This document shows, piece by piece, positions 59,590-61,178 of a stretch of DNA of 61,178 nt. Position 1 is the first letter of the stretch, and each line of letters begins with the position of its first letter. The translations under genes and the position numbers were made by a program. Under the pieces are notes generated by a model. It saw nothing but the letters and a program-made list of their open reading frames with translations. It was not told the origin of the DNA and did not search any database. The DNA lies in contig CANJWO010000004.1 of NCBI GenBank assembly GCA_947478685.1, positions 1 to 61,178 on the forward strand, written 5' to 3'. This DNA is from Chlamydiota bacterium. GTDB lineage: Bacteria; Chlamydiota; Chlamydiia; Chlamydiales; 2-12-FULL-49-11.

Positions 59590-60963
59590 ATATGAGCAGG
59601 GGATGGCATAACGTGAAAAAAAGTCCTTATCACCAAGGGTCCTTGCAATATTTGCTTTAATTTTACCTATGTCGATCGTATCAATGTTCTCTTTCTCTTT
59701 TCCATCTAATAAATGGGGATTCTCATATATAGTCCGTTCCAATGCTCTTTTGAACTCGGCATGAAGCGTGCCGGAGAATTTCTGATTTGCTGTTGGATGA
59801 GGAATTTTTGAAGAAAAAAGGCTCTTGAAAAGATCGGGTATATGACGACTAGATAGTAGAGGGTGGGTTAGTGATAGTGGGGGCGCGTTAAACCTTCTAA
59901 AAAAAGGAAAATCCATATCAATGATATTGCTATAAAGGGCTTCGAGGTAGAGGCGTATTTCAGGAGCATCAGTTCGCGCTATTTCTTCGAGAATCGCTTC
60001 CGAATATTCTATGAACGCTCTTCGTAACTCAGGGGGGATATTAGTAGCCATTACTCCGTGGTGAAAATCGTGACGAATACAATGAAGAGCAGTATGAGCT
60101 GGAAATGTATCTAATTTTTTAGCTAATTTAACAGTTACAAATGGGAGCGCCATATCGCGTTCATCTTTTACACCATTTCTCGCAATATCCTCTTGGGTGG
60201 ACATATCAAATGTTGGGATAATTCTGACAGCGTCTCTCTCTCCTCCATATGCATTTAAAAACTCTTGAAACATGGAAAAAGTGGCGGTCATTTCATAGTA
60301 TTTCCCTTTGTAGGAAAATTCGTTAAAAATATTATTGCCAACTTGTTGAATTCTTTGAATAATTGTTTTTTCTTCGGGCATCCCTGTTATTTCTTTTACT
60401 TCGGTGAAGAAAAGAACTTGTTCGGATGGGGGCTTTTCTCTCATTTTGATATAAAAGCTAGAGAGTTGATCTTCATTAAGAAATGCACCTGTTCCTGAAT
60501 AATATCCACTCTGCCGTATTGTTTGGCGGATAAAATTATCTGCAAGGGGATTTATATTGCCAGTTTCATCAAATAGCGATATCACATGGACTTTAGCATC
60601 AGGATAATCCTTTGATAGAGACCATCGAAAAATAAGGGTGCTCAATTGCGATGTTTGGATGTCCTCTGATTTAAGTGCTTTGAGTCCGTCGACTGCAAGC
60701 TTATCTGGATCACTTGAGTATCTCTCTGATATTGCATGCCAGTCACCTTTCGCAAGATCGCTAACAAGAGATTTAGTTGCTGATGAGCGAGAAGAGGCCT
60801 CTAGTAGAAGCTTATCGCAACTAGGTAAATAGCGTGTGAGATAACTATATGATCCTGATGGCGCTTCTCTACCAATTCTTTTTGAACAAGTCGAAAATGT
60901 TACCTCTACTCCCGCTCGAGCAATTGACGCAAATTTGTTAATAGAATGCATAGTTATCTCCAT
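59581..60963 (-). CDS. Hypothetical protein (effector-like orphan)
   Basis: 460 aa with a His cluster HCIRHDFHH and IIDMD. Confidence 0.65.
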   Translation of the reverse strand: MEITMHSINKFASIARAGVEVTFSTCSKRIGREAPSGSYSYLTRYLPSCDKLLLEASSRSSATKSLVSDLAKGDWHAISERYSSDPDKLAVDGLKALKSEDIQTSQLSTLIFRWSLSKDYPDAKVHVISLFDETGNINPLADNFIRQTIRQSGYYSGTGAFLNEDQLSSFYIKMREKPPSEQVLFFTEVKEITGMPEEKTIIQRIQQVGNNIFNEFSYKGKYYEMTATFSMFQEFLNAYGGERDAVRIIPTFDMSTQEDIARNGVKDERDMALPFVTVKLAKKLDTFPAHTALHCIRHDFHHGVMATNIPPELRRAFIEYSEAILEEIARTDAPEIRLYLEALYSNIIDMDFPFFRRFNAPPLSLTHPLLSSRHIPDLFKSLFSSKIPHPTANQKFSGTLHAEFKRALERTIYENPHLLDGKEKENIDTIDIGKIKANIARTLGDKDFFSRYAIPCSYLV

Positions 60964-61029
60964 GTGTAATTATAATTACTAATAAATTATAAGTGATTAT
61001 TATAAAAATGTATATACTCAACTTGATTA

Positions 61030-61178
61030 TGTAGGCGTTTATTACAAATGTCCTATTTCCGTTAAATAGAAATGTCCGCTTTTGGTACTAAAAAGGTTAA
61101 TTAACCTAGGAGGTGCTAAACATGAAAGGAGATATTTCTATGAGTATCAATGAGTTAAGTCGATTAAAGATTATACAA
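61030..61178 (+). mobile_element. Left end of IS1202/ISNCY-like element
   Basis: Begins TGT at 61030, has AAATGTCC repeats at 61046 and 61070, then an AGGAGG RBS and a transposase-like start. Confidence 0.6.
61122..61178 (+). CDS. IS1202/ISNCY-like transposase, N-terminal fragment
   Basis: MKGDISMSINELSRLKIIQ fits the MS..EL.RL.(V/I)IQ start of this group. Confidence 0.55.
   Translation, partial: MKGDISMSINELSRLKIIQ

Noticed and set aside
976-60832. Numerous short antisense or nested ORFs in the track (e.g. 11535-11864, 20951-21361, 39853-40344, 57378-57872)
   Set aside because: They are shadows of well-supported genes, with no motifs or RBS.
57272-61178. tRNA-anchored genomic island or prophage
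   Set aside because: No integrase, no duplicated tRNA 3' end, and the flanking genes are housekeeping.

Overview
AT-rich chromosomal segment from an environmental member of the phylum Chlamydiota. Evidence: an Npt1/Npt2 nucleotide transporter, paired ptsN genes, and gene order following the Chlamydia blocks rnc-radA...sod-accD-dut-ptsN-ptsN-clpC-lplA-hyp-gcvH...dnaA-TPR-hyp-rsmH-ftsL-ftsI-murE-amiA and mfd-alaS-tkt. Most of the window is housekeeping genes, interleaved with about a dozen orphan ORFs that look like secreted effectors or inclusion-membrane proteins. Both ends run into the 5' end of an insertion sequence (IS481-like on the left, IS1202/ISNCY-like on the right), so this is probably a whole contig. 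Main observations: (1) a 97-aa ORF (50155-50448) aligns by eye to eukaryotic ubiquitin, keeps the L8/I44/V70 patch, has K48R and lacks the C-terminal RGG, so it is a candidate non-conjugatable ubiquitin-mimic effector; (2) rsmH is split at a T9 run exactly in its DG..DLGVSS motif, a candidate slippage or frameshift site; (3) there are two families of small intergenic palindromic elements, a CACAGAG-triplet REP-like family and a modular TATAG-ended MITE family; (4) coding strands appear G-rich at 5' ends and C-rich at 3' ends on both strands; (5) long hairpins overlap the start codons of the glycosyltransferase and NTT genes; (6) an archaeal/eukaryotic-type ProRS, a degenerate BioF and a 1622-aa AsmA-like candidate are present. 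All calls come from motif recognition by eye; no searches were run.
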